This document shows positions 49,591-62,252 of a DNA stretch of 64,000 nucleotides, piece after piece. The stretch is from Vicugna vicugna (lineage: Eukaryota). The position numbers were made by a program, and so were the translations under genes. The stretch is from assembly GCA_013265495.1 (NCBI GenBank), contig MU058714.1:1-64000 (forward strand), in the 5' to 3' direction. The notes beneath the pieces were generated by a model, which worked only from the letters and a program-made list of their open reading frames with translations, did no database searches and was not told the DNA's origin. Numbering within the stretch: position 1 is the stretch's first letter; each line of letters begins with the position of its first letter.

Positions 49591-52195
49591 AGCTCCAGGC
49601 ACTGCAAAACGCCGCAGGGGCAAACCCCCAGAGCAAGCGGCTGGGGGGCAGGACCCTGCTCTACTGCCCCCCCAACACCCCCCTGGCCCCCACATCTCCT
49701 CCCCCCCCCACTCACAGTAAACTGGAACACACCAGGATCTGCACTGGGAGCCAGGCAGCAAGCAGCTGCCCTCCACGAGCCCAGCGTCCCTGAAATTAAA
49801 TCTCACGTTTGTTTCTTTCCATGTGGGGCCAGCCTCCACGGGCTGGGTCCCGAGCCACCCTTGACACCCTGATTTTTAGCGTCAGTGCAAAGAGGACATG
49901 TGTTTCCCCTCATGTCTCCGGCCGCACGTCCCAGCACATCTGAAAAGTGGCCCAATGCGGGGTGATGAGAGGGAACCCACATGCTTGGTGAGGATGTAGT
50001 CAATGGTGCTTCCTGACACAGGCCTGGCGCTCAGACACCAGGAGACGGAAAAGCCTGCAGTTTTCCAAGACGGCCTGAATTTATGAGACGAATGAGGGAA
50101 AAAAAGGGGGAAAGAAAAAGATGGAAACATCTGTAATGAACATCTGGATTCCGCTGCTAACCAGGAAAGCAAATCCCTTGAGTCAGCGTGTTGGAGAGGG
50201 CCAGCAAAGGGTGCGCTTATAAACAGCTGCAATATTGAAGTGGGAAAAAACTGCCCCCAACACCACAGCTTCCTTCTTTTAAACCTTTTCAGGATGGCGG
50301 GGTGTGGGTTCTGTTCTGTGTCTGAGCCACAGGGAGATGGTTACACCCGTGAGCCAAGCTCTGGGCTCAAACTGGCACAGTTCCAGCCTCTGGGGGTCGG
50401 CGGTTGGTTCCCCCAAAATGTCACTGGAGGAAAGGGTGAAATGCACCTCTGAGTGTTTGTGGGTGAGCACTTGTCCACTCGGGAAGGCAGGCGTGCGTAC
50501 ACGTGCACGTGTGTGGTTGGGTGTCCATAGTCATGCACACAAGTCCGTGGGGGGGTGTAGTCATGCTCCAAGGCATGTGTACACGTGCACCTGTGGGCGT
50601 TTGCACCGTCACACACACAGGGATTCAGGGACGTGCTTACATTCCTGTGTGTGTGTGTGTACATGCACAGAAATGTCCAAATTTAAAAGTGTATGTATTT
50701 GCAGCCTACATTGTTTTTGCAGCTTCCTTATTCTATCTCCTCACACTTTTCGGCAGCAAGATCCCCTCCACGTCTTCCCATAACGAATAAATCTGTCTCC
50801 AAGTTCTGCCCTCCTGGGGCACAACGAATGTGACTTAAAAGGCGTCGTCCCTGGGCGTCCGGAGACTGGGGCACAGCGTCAGGGAGGGCAGCCGGGAGCC
50901 GTGTGTGGACAGGACGCCTACGCCCTGGCCCTCGCCCGCTGTCCTTCGGGCCACCTGACCCGTGTGCACAGAGCACCGGGGATCCACTTCTCTGGAAAAG
51001 CGGCTCCTGCCCCGCGAGCCCAGGGTGCAGCCTCCCCTTGAGCCCTCTCGGGGTTCCAGGCTCTTTGCTTAACAGTCTTAATAGGGAGAGGAGAAGAGGG
51101 CCTGCCTGCTCCCAGGAGCGATGCCCCCTGGGAACCCCTAGCCAGGGCTACAGGAAAAACGATTTGCAGCCCGTGGCTCCTAATATATGGAAATATCTCC
51201 ATCAGTGGATGCAGGTGACAACCTAATAGGAAAAGAGATGGCAGAAGTGGAATCCACTTGGAACATTTCGCCTTTGGCCCCGGGGGCTGGGGCCGGGGAG
51301 GGTGTCCTCGTGGTCGGCCCCGCCCCTGGGCCCCAGCGAGCGGGCGGGCGGCTCTGCCAAACTTGTCACCCGGCATCAGAGGCGATGCAAACTGCACGCT
51401 TCCCAGCCCTGGTGCGCGGCGCGTGTTTAGGGCTCTTGCTTTATCAGTTTTTATTTCGTGTAATATTCATCACCCTGGTTTATTTATGGGGCCCTCGGTG
51501 GGAAGTTATTTTTCAGGCCTGGTGAATAAAACATTAGACTTTGCGGCTTGTCAGGGCGACTGCAGCTCCTCTGATGTCAAGCTGACGAACTGCCTTTTCT
51601 TTTTCCCAGCGACTGCACTTTTAGAGAAATGTATTTGTATTTTGTCGGGCGTCTGTTGCTCTTTTCTCCTTTCGGCTGGTGGATGTTGGTCAGAGGCGGG
51701 CTCTCCTCTCTTCTGATGAAATGCTGGAAACTTCACTTGCGGAGAAAGGTAATACGTCAACGCAGGAAGGGTGAGAACTGAAGTCCTGGGCTGGAGGAGA
51801 AACCCCCTGAGCACCCCACCCCTCAGCATGCGTGACGCCCCCCAAAACCCGTGCCGGCCGATGCAGGAGGGACTCCAGGCGTGCGGCGCAGGGCCAGAGC
51901 CCCACCCAGGGGAACCACAGGGGACGCTGACCCCGCTTCGTGCGCAAGGCCCTGGGGGCAGGAGTGCGGCGTCCAAAGTCCCAGTGAGAGTCACAGAAAA
52001 CAACCTCACTACATTAAAAAAAATAAGCTAATGTGGCCTTAGGCAATCTCCAAATAAGAAACTCCACATTTACAGTAAAGAAAACTAAGGTGAAAAGATT
52101 CACTTTACCACAGCATCACCATAGAATTTCCCCAGAAATTCTAAGCACGTTTAAAATGTGGATTACTTTACACGGCTTTTCAAGTTTCATTATTT

Positions 52196-52255
52196 GAAGG
52201 AAGGAAGGAAGAAAGAAAAAGAAAGGAAGGAAGGAAGGAAGGAAGGAAGGAAGGA

Positions 52256-52327
<72 letters not shown>

Positions 52328-52374
52328 AAGAAAGGAAGGAAGGAAGGAAGGAAGGGGGAGGAAGGGAGGAAGAA
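52196..52374 (+). repeat. 179-bp pure-purine compound microsatellite (GGAA)n(GAAA)n(GA)n(GGAA)n
   Basis: No pyrimidine on the + strand across the tract. Confidence 0.97.
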
Positions 52375-52724
52375 TAAAAGGTGTGGCAGGTAACGCTGTA
52401 CTTCATGCTGTAGGGTGCCAAGTTTGTTTTTTTCCTTTCCTTCCAGAAACCAAGAAAGGAGCTTAGAAGACTTCGATCAATAAAAACCCAGCTGGGTGCT
52501 GGTGATTCACTGCGGTTTTCAGCCGAGGCATAGCCTGCCCATCTCTTAATTGAGACCAGACTCTGCTCATCCTCACCAATGGCACAGAAGTTCAGTGGCT
52601 CTTTCAAAACCACAGGAAGGAAACATGCCTTAGCTTCTTGGGCAAGACCACCATTAGACCGAGGACATCTGCTTTCCTTCTTGGTTCCTCCATGGGACCT
52701 GGGTCACGTGGGCTGGATGCACAT

Positions 52725-52890
52725 GGATGATAAAGGCTGCCATGTGGAGAGTGTATGATCCGCCAGGCACTATCATTCCCATGACCCCACCAGATAGGTA
52801 CTATTGACCCATCTTGCAGGTAAGGAAGCTGAGGCCAGGGAAGGTCACAGAGACGAGGAAGGAGAGAGGATCTGGACATGGAGCCTGCAC
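52725..52890 (-). mobile_element. MIR SINE
   Basis: gccaggcact...taggtactattgacccatcttgcaggtaaggaagctgaggc...aaggtcacag. Confidence 0.8.
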
Positions 52891-53494
52891 TCCCCGTTAC
52901 CGGTGAGGCTTCCGGCTCAGTGCTGCCACCGTGGGCAGGACCAAGGAACTGACCCCACTCCTCTCCCTTTGGGGGGTGACGCAAAATGCCAGGAAGATGC
53001 CCCTGACTGGTTTGTTTCTACAGAGAAGGAAAACACTGGAAAAACACTGGACATTGCAACTCAAGTCTCCAAGAAATTCTAAAAAACTGGTTCAGAGAAC
53101 CACACGGTGCACTTCAGAGAAGCAGGCAGAAAATGAGGGCGCACGGGCACATTGGTGGTCCGTACTCAGGTGCCTGAAACCAACACTCCTCCTCCAGATT
53201 TCCAGGCTTCAGAGCCGAATGGAGAAATCCACACGCACTTTAAAAATTCCTTGAGCCTTAGGCATTTCCAGCTGGCTCCTCTGAGTCTGGGTAAACGGAA
53301 AAATTCCTGAGTGTCAGTGGGCACGTCCTTAGAAGGACCCGCCACTTCCAGCAGCTTTCAAACAAGCTCCAGTGTCTCCCATCTCCAAGCACCAATAAAA
53401 CAAGGACGACCAAGAGTCTGTCGACGCCCCTCATCCGCCGGAGCGGCCGCCAGTGTCTCAGCGGCTTGTCTACACAGGAGCTATCCCCTCTGTC

Positions 53495-53841
53495 ACCTTC
53501 CGATCTACTCTTCAACCCACTCTGACCTGGCTCCTGTCCTCACCACTCACTCCATCAAACGCTCTCGCCAGCGTCACCCTGACCTCCTGACTGTGACGTG
53601 CTGAGATCATGGCCACTGGCCCGCCCACAGACCCCGTCTGACCGCTCTCACCTTCCTCCTGGGATCAGTTGCCTTGTGGGGGGGGGGCTGTAACACCACG
53701 CTGGCTGTCCTTTGCTTCTAGGGATGATGATTCTTCGCTTTGTCTACCTAACTCCCAAATGCTGGCGTCCCTCAGAGCACTGTTCTAACTGCCTTCCCTT
53801 CTTTACCGGCTCTGTCCCTCTGGGACCTCATCCTCTCCACC
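53495..53841 (+). mobile_element. L2, 5' part of an element split by L1 insertions
   Basis: ctcttcaacccactc..cctggct...tcaccctgacctcc...aaatgctggcgtccctcagagc...ggacctcatcc. Confidence 0.75.
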
Positions 53842-53842
53842 T

Positions 53843-55045
53843 TGTGTCTTTCAAGAAGTCGGTCTATTTCGTCTAAGCTGTGGGATGCACATGTGTCGAG
53901 TTGCTGGCGGTGTCCCCAGATTACCTTTTTAATGGCTGCAGGCTCTGTAGTGGTAGCCCCTGTTTCATTTCTGACACTGGTAATTTGTGTCTCTTCTCTG
54001 TTAATCTTTGTCAGTGTTGCTAGAGGTTTATCAATTTTATTGTTCTGTTCAAAGACTCAGCTTTTTCTTTTTCATTGATTTTTCTCTATTGCTTTCCTCT
54101 TTCCAATTTCATTGATTTCTTCTCTTTATTATTTCCTTTCTTCTGCTTGCTTTGGGTTTATTTTGCTTGTATTTTTCTCGCTTCTTGAGGTGGGTGCTTA
54201 GTTATTGATTCGAGACATTTTCCCCCTAATGCTAGCATTTAGTGCTATAAATGTGCTGCCTTCACTGCATCCCACACATTTTGCTGTGCTGTGTTTTCAT
54301 TTTCACTCAGCTTTAAGTATCTTTTAATTTTCCTTGGTAACTTTCTCTTTGACCTACGAATTCAGAAGTGCCTTCAAACCCTTCCAAATGTTTGGAGATT
54401 TTCCTGTGGTCTTTCTGTCACTGATTCTAGTTGGATTCCATTAAAAACAGAACATATTCTGTGTGGTTTCAATTTTCTTACATTTGTTGAGGTTTGTCTT
54501 ATGACCCAGGATATGGTCTACCTTGACGAATGTTTCCATTTGAAAAGGATGTGTATTCTATTGTTGCCGGGACTGAGTGTTTGATGAACAACTATTAGAC
54601 CGTTGGTTGATGGTATTTGGTTCTTCTGTCTCCTGGCTTATTTTCTATCCAGTAGTCTTATCAGCTGCTGAGAGGGATACTGAAGTCTTCAGCTATAACT
54701 CTGGATTTGTCCGTTTCTCCTGTATGTCTGTCATGTTTTGCTTCGTGCATTTTGAAGCTCTGTTGCTTGGTGCACATACATTTGGGATTTCTATGTCCCC
54801 ATGCTGTACTGACCCTTTCATCATTAGGTAATGTTTCTTTTTGACACTGATAATTTGCTTTACTCTGAAGTCTACTTTATGTGATAATAATATTGCCACT
54901 CATGCATTTTAAAATTAATGTTTGTATCTTTTCCCATCTGTTTACCTTCAACCTAACGTATCATTATATTTGAAGTGAGTTTCTTGTGGACTGCATGTTG
55001 TTGGGTCATTTTTTTAAAAAATCTTCTCTGCCTATCTGTATTTTA
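53843..55045 (-). mobile_element. Ancient L1M ORF2 endonuclease region (degenerate)
   Basis: ORF 54693-54899 (AILLSHKVDF...HYLMMKGSV...IPNVCAPSNRASK) resembles the L1 ORF2p APE endonuclease; the flanks are T-rich antisense L1. Confidence 0.9.
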
Positions 55046-55049
55046 AAAA

Positions 55050-56790
55050 TTACCATCAGTTTTAACTTTATAAAAATAGTATAATGCTCAAAGTAATATT
55101 TTGGGGTTCACATTTACTAGTAGGTCACTAAGATTTATCCATATGGTCACACGTTGCTCTGCATCAGCTGCCTTGATTTCTGCATAGTATTTCACAGAAT
55201 GAAACTGCCAGTGCAGTCATTCACTGTCCTGCTGATGGACATTTTGGCTGTTTCTAGGTTTTTGCTATTATTAACAATAATTCTAGGAACATTCTTGAAC
55301 ATGTCTCTTACTGTGAGATAGGTGCAAGTGTTTCTCCTGAGTACAGATGGAGCAGCACTGCTGAGTCAAGGGGTATCTGAACGGTCACATTTAAGAGATA
55401 AAGCCAAACTTTCTTCCAAAGGGACTGAACCAACTTATGTTCTCCTGCAATGAATAAGGACTCAGGTGACCTTCATCCTGACAGTTGGATTTGTCAGACT
55501 TTAAAATTTTCGCCAATCAAATGGGGGTTAAATGCCTTTCACATTTCCCAGATCATTTATGAGGTTAAACAGCTCTTTTCATGCTTATTGGTCATAGCTT
55601 TCCTTTATCTTTAATGTTAATAGAAGGCAATATAAATACAAAATTTCTGTTTTCTGCCTTTTTCTCTGTTGGGATGTTTTGTACTTTTTGTCTTGATTTG
55701 TGATTGTTCTTTTGATGTTCTTGACACTAATCTTTGTCAGCTGTGTGCATTGATAACAATTTATTCTAGTTCGAAACTCATCTTTTCACCTTTAAAAAAC
55801 CATGTAATATGTAGATTTTTAAAGCTCTTAATTTTTCCTTATTTTTAACATACTCAAATCTGTCAGTCATTTTGTATACTCACTTTTTCTGTGTGTCTTG
55901 TTTAAGACCTTTTCCCCTAACTCAAGATCCACCGATATTTTCCTCTAGAAGATTTTTGACATTTAACTTCTCCATCCACCTGAGCTGATTTTCAAAATAT
56001 GGTGTGCACCAGGGATCCAGCGTCACACTTTTTATAGAGTAATGACCCTTTTTTCCAACTTGCTTTATTAAACACCTCCTTTCACCAATGATTTGAAATG
56101 CTACCTCTACCATATACCAAAGTTCCATCTGGGAATTGGTCAGTTGGTCAATCTTTGTGGCTAATTGGTCCATCTTAATTACCATAGCTTCACAATGAGC
56201 CCTGACATGTGCTCTTAGTTTTAGAAGGGTGCTGGCTATTCTTGGTCCCTTATTTTACTGTATAATCATCCTGCCAAGTCCCTTGAAAAGCTCTGTTTGG
56301 ACGTTGACCAGAATCACATTGGTTACAGTCAATACAGGCAATACAGGGGAAACAACACTTTTAATGATATGACGTCTTCTTTCCTTTATTAGAGGTCCTT
56401 TATTTATACTTAACAAAGGTTTATAATTTCGTCTGTATAAATCTTGAACATTGGAACATTTTTTTAACAAAAAATAATGTATTTTTGTTAAAAAATGTAC
56501 TTGATATTTCCTGATACTACCATGAATGGTATCTTTTCATTAATTGTGTTTATAGTTTTTTTGTTTTTGTTTTTTTGCCACTGGTATATAGACTACAACT
56601 GATCTTTTGTAATTGTATCAGTCAACTTGCCAAACTCCCCAGTTCCTGGAAGATTTTCTGTAGATGCTTTGGGGTTTTCTATGTAAGTGACCATATCACC
56701 GGAAAATGGTAACAATTTTTCCTTCCATCCCAATCTTTGTATCTTTAGCTTATTTTTCTTCTTTTATTGCTCCGGCTAGGACAATGTACA
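55050..56790 (-). mobile_element. L1ME-type 3' UTR and ORF2 C-terminal remnants
   Basis: ctgctgatggacattttggctgtttctaggtttttgctatta; atgatttgaaatgctacct; ttttctgtagat.ctttggggttttctatgta. Confidence 0.8.
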
Positions 56791-56799
56791 ATGGCAAAT

Positions 56800-57620
56800 T
56801 TTGTTATAACTTCATACTTAAATGACAATTTGGCTGCATATAAAATTCTATATTCTAAGTTCTTTTTCTTTTGTACTTTGAAAAGATCACCCCATTGTCT
56901 TCCGGCATCTGGTGCTGCTGCAGAAAATCCTGAAATCCCTGTGATTCTGGCTCTTTGTATGTGATCTTCTCTTCCTCTCTGGAAATGTTCAGAACTTCAC
57001 CTTTTTTTATTCTTAAATGTCATTGTAAGTATGTAGGTTTGATTCCGCCCCCCCCCTTATCTTTTCTTGATGGCAATCTAAGACCTTTCTCAATCTGGGA
57101 CCATTCATCCTTTGTTTTTAATTCCAGAAATTTTATCTTCACATTTTTCAAGTATCTCCTCTGCTGTGTTTTTCTTTTTCTTTTCTTGCGGGACTTCTAT
57201 TACTTAGATGTTAGCACTTTTAACTTCGCTCTTCCTTGGGTTATTATAGCTTTTAAAAGTATGTTCTTTGTGCCTTTCTTTTCTGCTGGGCAGATGTATC
57301 ACGCTGGTCCTCCAACTCATTGATTCATTCCTCAGCTGTATTTAGTCTGGCATTTGTCCCCTGCCTTGCTCTTTATTTTAACTAATACATTTTAATACTT
57401 AACATTTCTGCTTGGTTCGTATCTTTTCTTATTCTTGTTTCACTTTGCTTAAAATGTCCTTTCTCTCCAGCATGTTTATGAAGCTGATTTTTAAAACTGG
57501 TCTCTGTGCTCTAGTATTTCTGCTGCTGATGGAATCTGGAATAAACTTTAACACAGTTTGTTGCCTTTTTTGTTTTTTAAATGCGTGTGCTTCTCAAATG
57601 TCTTGTTATTTTGCCTGTGG
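56800..57620 (-). mobile_element. L1 ORF1/HAL1-like remnant
   Basis: tttggctgcatataaaattcta...ccattgtcttc.ggcatct.gtg.tgctg..gaaaa matches antisense ORF1-type text. Confidence 0.65.
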
Positions 57621-58284
57621 GCTCATTTCCCTCTGGTGGAAGCCTGCTACTCTGCCCTGCAGTGCATCTGGGGGAGGGCCAGCCTGGGGAGCCCACACGA
57701 CCTCGGAGGTCAGGGGTGGCGGTGCCGTTGCCGGAGAGGCTCCAGAAGACGGTCAATCACCCTCCACTCCACCTTCCCCCCACCAGGAAGAAGGGGCATT
57801 AGAAGAAGCCCCCACCCCCTTAACCGGCTTGCCTTAGTGTGATCTCTAGGTAGTCTGCAAGGAGACTGATGGGAAGTGGCTGCTGAGGTCAGGTGGACCA
57901 GCTGCCTGTTTTGCTTGGCTCCCCGGGAGCACAAGGTTCTCCACTGCTCGGATGTTAGATTATCTGCACCTGAGCTCTGCACGGCCACACGTGTGGGGTG
58001 TGGCCACAGGTGTGGGGCAGGTCCTGTTTGTCCCAAGGCAATGGTGGCAGGAGCTGGGATAAGCTAGAGCTGGTCTCCAACAGCCGCCTTCATTCTGCAT
58101 CTCCCACAGCCGTGCTCGGCCACCCCTGGCCCCCAGCCAAAGCCCCTGCCCCACGCACATAGATTTGAAACCCTTCACACCCTCCACATGCTCCTCATCT
58201 CATCAGTTTCCCTCTGCTGTTCCCCTGGGGGTTATTTTAGCAGAAGGAGCTGGTGGTCTTGCTAGTTAAGCGTCAAAACCAACC

Positions 58285-59095
58285 CAAGTCTTCAAAAGTG
58301 ATATGTCCAAAGCAGGACGCTTGACCTCCCTGTGTCTGGGAACTTCCGCTCCTCCCCCTTGTCCTCATCCAGGTAAACAGCCCCCATAGCCACCTGGCTG
58401 CTCACATGGAATGGAAGGCCAACTTTGCCCCATCCCCTCCCTTCTTCCCCTGCATCCAGTTTACCAGCAAGTGTGGTAGCTTCCACCTCCCACCAAATGC
58501 TCCATCGCAGCACGTGAGGCTTGGTCCTCTCCTGCCCTGGTGCTGCACATTTCCTGACTCGCCTCTTCCAATGGATGCTTGCAGGGCCACTGGGTTGATC
58601 TTTTAAAACACAGACCAGGCCCTGCCAGTCCCTGCTCGGCCCCTGCACACAGCCTGCATGGGCCTGGGGGCTGCAGGTCCGGGCATGGTCCCGCCCACGT
58701 CCCCAGCTGCCCGCCTCATACGACTCCCTCTCTTTGTCCACCCCGCCACACCAGCCTTTAGTCCCTCTAACTGCTGAGCTCCCTAGCACCCTGCGGCCAC
58801 AGCAGCTTCTACTTCACCCAACTCCTACCCACCCTTCAGGTCCCTACTGAAATTTCCCTTTCCCTGAAAAACCACCCCTTCCCTCCACCCAGGCACATCG
58901 CCGTGGCACCCCCGAGCGCCTTCACCCTCCCTCGGCACGTTCACCGCTCTGTGGGCTTTCTATTTATTTATGTGACTGTTTGTCTGATGTCTGTCTATCC
59001 CGCCAGACCAGGCGCTGCCTGAAGACGGGCCTCTGCCTACGTCTTCCCTGCTGTCATCCAGTGTCCAGCACAGCCCTGAGATACAGGTTGTCTGT
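58285..59095 (+). mobile_element. L2, 3' part of the split element
   Basis: tcaaa..atatgtccaaagc; tgatcttttaaaacacagacc; tgtctgtct.tccc.ccagacc...ccagtgtccagcacag. Confidence 0.8.
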
Positions 59096-59456
59096 GTCCA
59101 TCTGGGTCGCACTGCCTGGAGAGGCTGAGACAACCAGGATGGAGTGGCCCAGGCCACGGGGCCCACGTTTGCCGTGGCGCCCTCAGCCCCCGGTCCAGGT
59201 GCAGTCATTTCCTGTCCCGGGGGACGCATCCCTGATTCATCCCCAGACGGGGGACCAATGGAAGCACAGGCCCGGAGAGCTGGAGAGACAGGTGTCACCC
59301 CGCTCTGCGGCACTGCTCTGGCAGCCATGTTCTCCACCACAGTCTCCCTGCTCGGCGCTTCTGATCGGCCCCTGGCTCCCGTGACCCTCCCCGCCCTGCC
59401 TCTGCAGTCCTGGGGTTCAAGGTGGTGGTGTCTCATTGTGGGTGTTGTGTGTTGAG

Positions 59457-59760
59457 TAGACTTCATTTTTAAGAGCTATTTTAGGTTCGCAGCAAAACTG
59501 AACAGACGGAACAGAGATTTTCCCGTATAGCTCCTGCCTCCCCCCCACCCCCAGCCTCAAACCCACAGTTTACATCAGGGTCCACTCTTGGTGTGGTCCC
59601 TTCTGTGGGGCTGACACACGTCATGTCACGTATCCATCACTACAGTATCCTGCAGAGTGTCTCACTGCCCTGAAGTCCTCCATGCCCCAGCCCTGCCTCC
59701 CCGCGAACCCCGGGCAACCACTGACCCTGTTACTGTCTCTATGGAGTCTTACCCTCTCAC
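59457..59760 (-). mobile_element. L1MC-type 3' end
   Basis: tagactt.atttt.agagc.ttttaggttc.cagcaaaa.tga; agtttacat.aggg.cactcttggtgt; ggcaaccactga. Confidence 0.85.
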
Positions 59761-60007
59761 TTTTGGTGTTTTGAAAGTTCTCCTCAGAGGAAACATTATT
59801 TCTGGGTTCTTGGCAGACTCCCGGGACGGGTGTGGAGGAAAGAGAGACCAGTGTGCAGGGGCTGTCGGAGGACCACAGGAACAGGGGCAGCAGAGCGCAC
59901 GGCAAGTTCACAGCAAGGGATGCTCCTGCCGCCTCTGCTCCGGGCCCGCCGGGGAGAGGACCCCTCCGAGATGCTTCCCCCCCCCACCGGGTGTGCACCT
60001 GCAGGGC

Positions 60008-60032
60008 NNNNNNNNNNNNNNNNNNNNNNNNN
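60008..60032. other. Assembly gap (25 N)
   Basis: Run of N. Confidence 1.
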
Positions 60033-61964
60033 CCCGCCCCGCCCCGCCCCTCGCCCAGGGGTTAATGTCCACATTGCACCGTGAATCATTATTCCAATTC
60101 TTTTCAGTTCCACAGTATTGAAAGCAGCTTGGCACGCTCGGCATTTCTGCCAGGCATCCGTGATCCTTCGAAAGTACAATTAAAGGATATGATTAGCTCA
60201 TTTAATAGAGAACTGCACTTGGTTCGCTGTCACCTAATGGCCTGCTCCCCTCCTCCCCTGCTGCACGGTTATTAGTGGGTGTTATTGCTAACAGCCCGCC
60301 CCTTGGTTAAGGGCTCTTCCCTCCAGCCTCGCCTCTTCATGCCCCCAAATGAGGTCACTCTGTTTCACGGATTCCACCTCTTCATCAGCCACATGGTTTA
60401 AAACAGGACCCCGCCATGCACACAGTATGTTTCTCAGGTAGAAGTGTCCACAGTGATGGCTCAGGAAACGCAGAGAAGGGCAGAGAAAGAGGTGTGGGCG
60501 GGGGGGGAGGGGCCCCTGGTCTGGAGCCAACTCTTCTCAATAATAAAGTGGCCCCACGAGGGGAGACGTGGAGAGCTGGACTCTGAGCAAGTGTGTGCAG
60601 CTCAGGTGCACTGAGTCCTTCCAAGAGACGTGGTGTTTGCCAGGCGGGTTGAGCTCTGTTTGCCGGCCCCCAGGCAGGACTCCTGTTAACTTCACCAGGC
60701 AAGCATCTCCTCTCTGCTTGGGGTACCCACCCCCTAGTCCTGTGCTCGGATAGAAACCGAGGGGCCTTGGTGACCGCAGAGGAGGCCGCCCTCCAGGCAC
60801 CGCTGGCTGAGGAGTGACGGCCCCTGGAAGATTGATTTCAGTGCAGGATGGAAACCAAAAAGCTGAATATGCCCCAAGTCTGCTGATGAACTTTTTCTTT
60901 CTAATTACATTTCTTGTAAGTGCAAGGAGAATTCCATCTCTGCTAAACGTTTGACGGAAGGCAGAACAAAATTACGTAACATGTGATTTAGGTGATCTCC
61001 TGTATGTGACATCCTGGCTCACTCCCAACTCCAAATATTACTGAGTCTTTATAAACTCCTCCCTCCCACCTCGAACCTGAGCGTGAACTCGGGGGTGCAG
61101 CTCTGGGGCATTCACCCCAGCTGAAGTCTAAACTCAGTCACCCTCGGTTCTCGAACTTCTGCAAGAACTTAAACAAGAAACCTGTCCCGTCTGTGGTCCA
61201 AATGTTTCTGTCGGTGGAACTGAGAGATCTGTGTTCTTCCGGAAGCAGGAAGCACCAGCAGACCCCTGGACTGGGTGGCAAAGAGACCGAGTGCCACGGG
61301 GGCCCCACTTGGGTCCCACTGAGGGGCGCTCCCTCCCAGAACATGTGCTTGTCTGTCCACTTTGAAACAAGAAAGTCTGCATTATTTTTACGCCACCGTG
61401 AAAAGACATGATCTAGTGGCAGATCTGAATAAGCATTCAGAAAAAAATCAATTTCCGGAAATGTGATCAGAGACAAAGATCAGGAAATAGACCCAAAGTA
61501 AGAACTGGCTGGGAATCACGGTGAAAAGTCAGTTCTCACCGCCCAGCTGAAAAGCGTTACAAGGGCAGCCCGAGTGCCTCTCAGCTGGGGCCCCCGAGCC
61601 TGAGCAGCAGGCCCGGTCCAGCTCCCCGCTCCCTCCTTGGCCAGCTCCCAGCTCCGTCCGGCCCGAGGGCTCCCAGCTGCGCAGAGACGGGGCCCCTCAG
61701 CTCCTCGCCTCTTGCTGGGGAAGCCATTTTCTCAAGTGTTCACCTGGGCGCTCCGAACGGAGACTTGGCAGTTTTGCTTTGGGAACAGGTACTGGTCCAG
61801 CCCCACCTCGGCCCCAGGCCCCAGCCACTTCCACACCCCCCGCTCACAAATACGTCCTCCCCAGGTGCTGCAGCTGCTGCTCTAGAAAACACATGTGCAC
61901 GCTGCCTGAAACGCAGATGCGAGCAGGCTAGAGTGGAGTGGGTTTCTTTTTCGGGCTGGCACCG

Positions 61965-62070
61965 GGCTGCGTGCCTTTGTCAACACATCATTTAATCCTC
62001 TCAACAACTTTAGTTTATAAGCAAGGAAACCAAGGTTCACATGGGTTAGGTGGACGTAAACTTTCCCGAA
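61965..62070 (-). mobile_element. MIR fragment adjacent to the Vic-1 insertion
   Basis: tcatttaatcctctcaacaac...aggaaaccaaggttca. Confidence 0.65.
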
Positions 62071-62096
62071 ATTTACCTCTTAAAGATGATCCCAAG

Positions 62097-62252
62097 GAGA
62101 GGGAGGGCCTAACTCAGTGGCAGAGCGCGCGCTTAGCATACACGAGGTCCTGGGTTCAGTCCCCAGCACCTCCTCTAAGAATAAACAAATAAATAAACAA
62201 ACCTAATTACCTCCCACCACCAGAAAAAAAAATTTTTTAATTAAAAAAGAAA
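62097..62252 (+). mobile_element. Vic-1-type camelid tRNA-Ala-derived SINE
   Basis: gggagggc.taactcagtggcagagcgc..gcttagca..cacgaggtcctgggttcagtccccagcacctcc, then acctaattacctccc and an A tail; perfect 15-bp TSD aaagatgatcccaag at 62082-62096 and 62253-62267. Confidence 0.92.

Noticed and set aside
52116..52613. K/E/R-rich and F/L/S-rich ORFs
   Set aside because: They are translations of the GAAA/GGAA microsatellite.
54693..54899. Endonuclease-like ORF
   Set aside because: It is a short remnant of L1 ORF2 within a degenerate element, not a host gene.
62097..62175. Possible tRNA-Ala(AGC) gene (also 34160-34237)
   Set aside because: The stems contain mismatches, and each copy has a SINE body, an A-rich tail and a TSD, so these are SINE heads.
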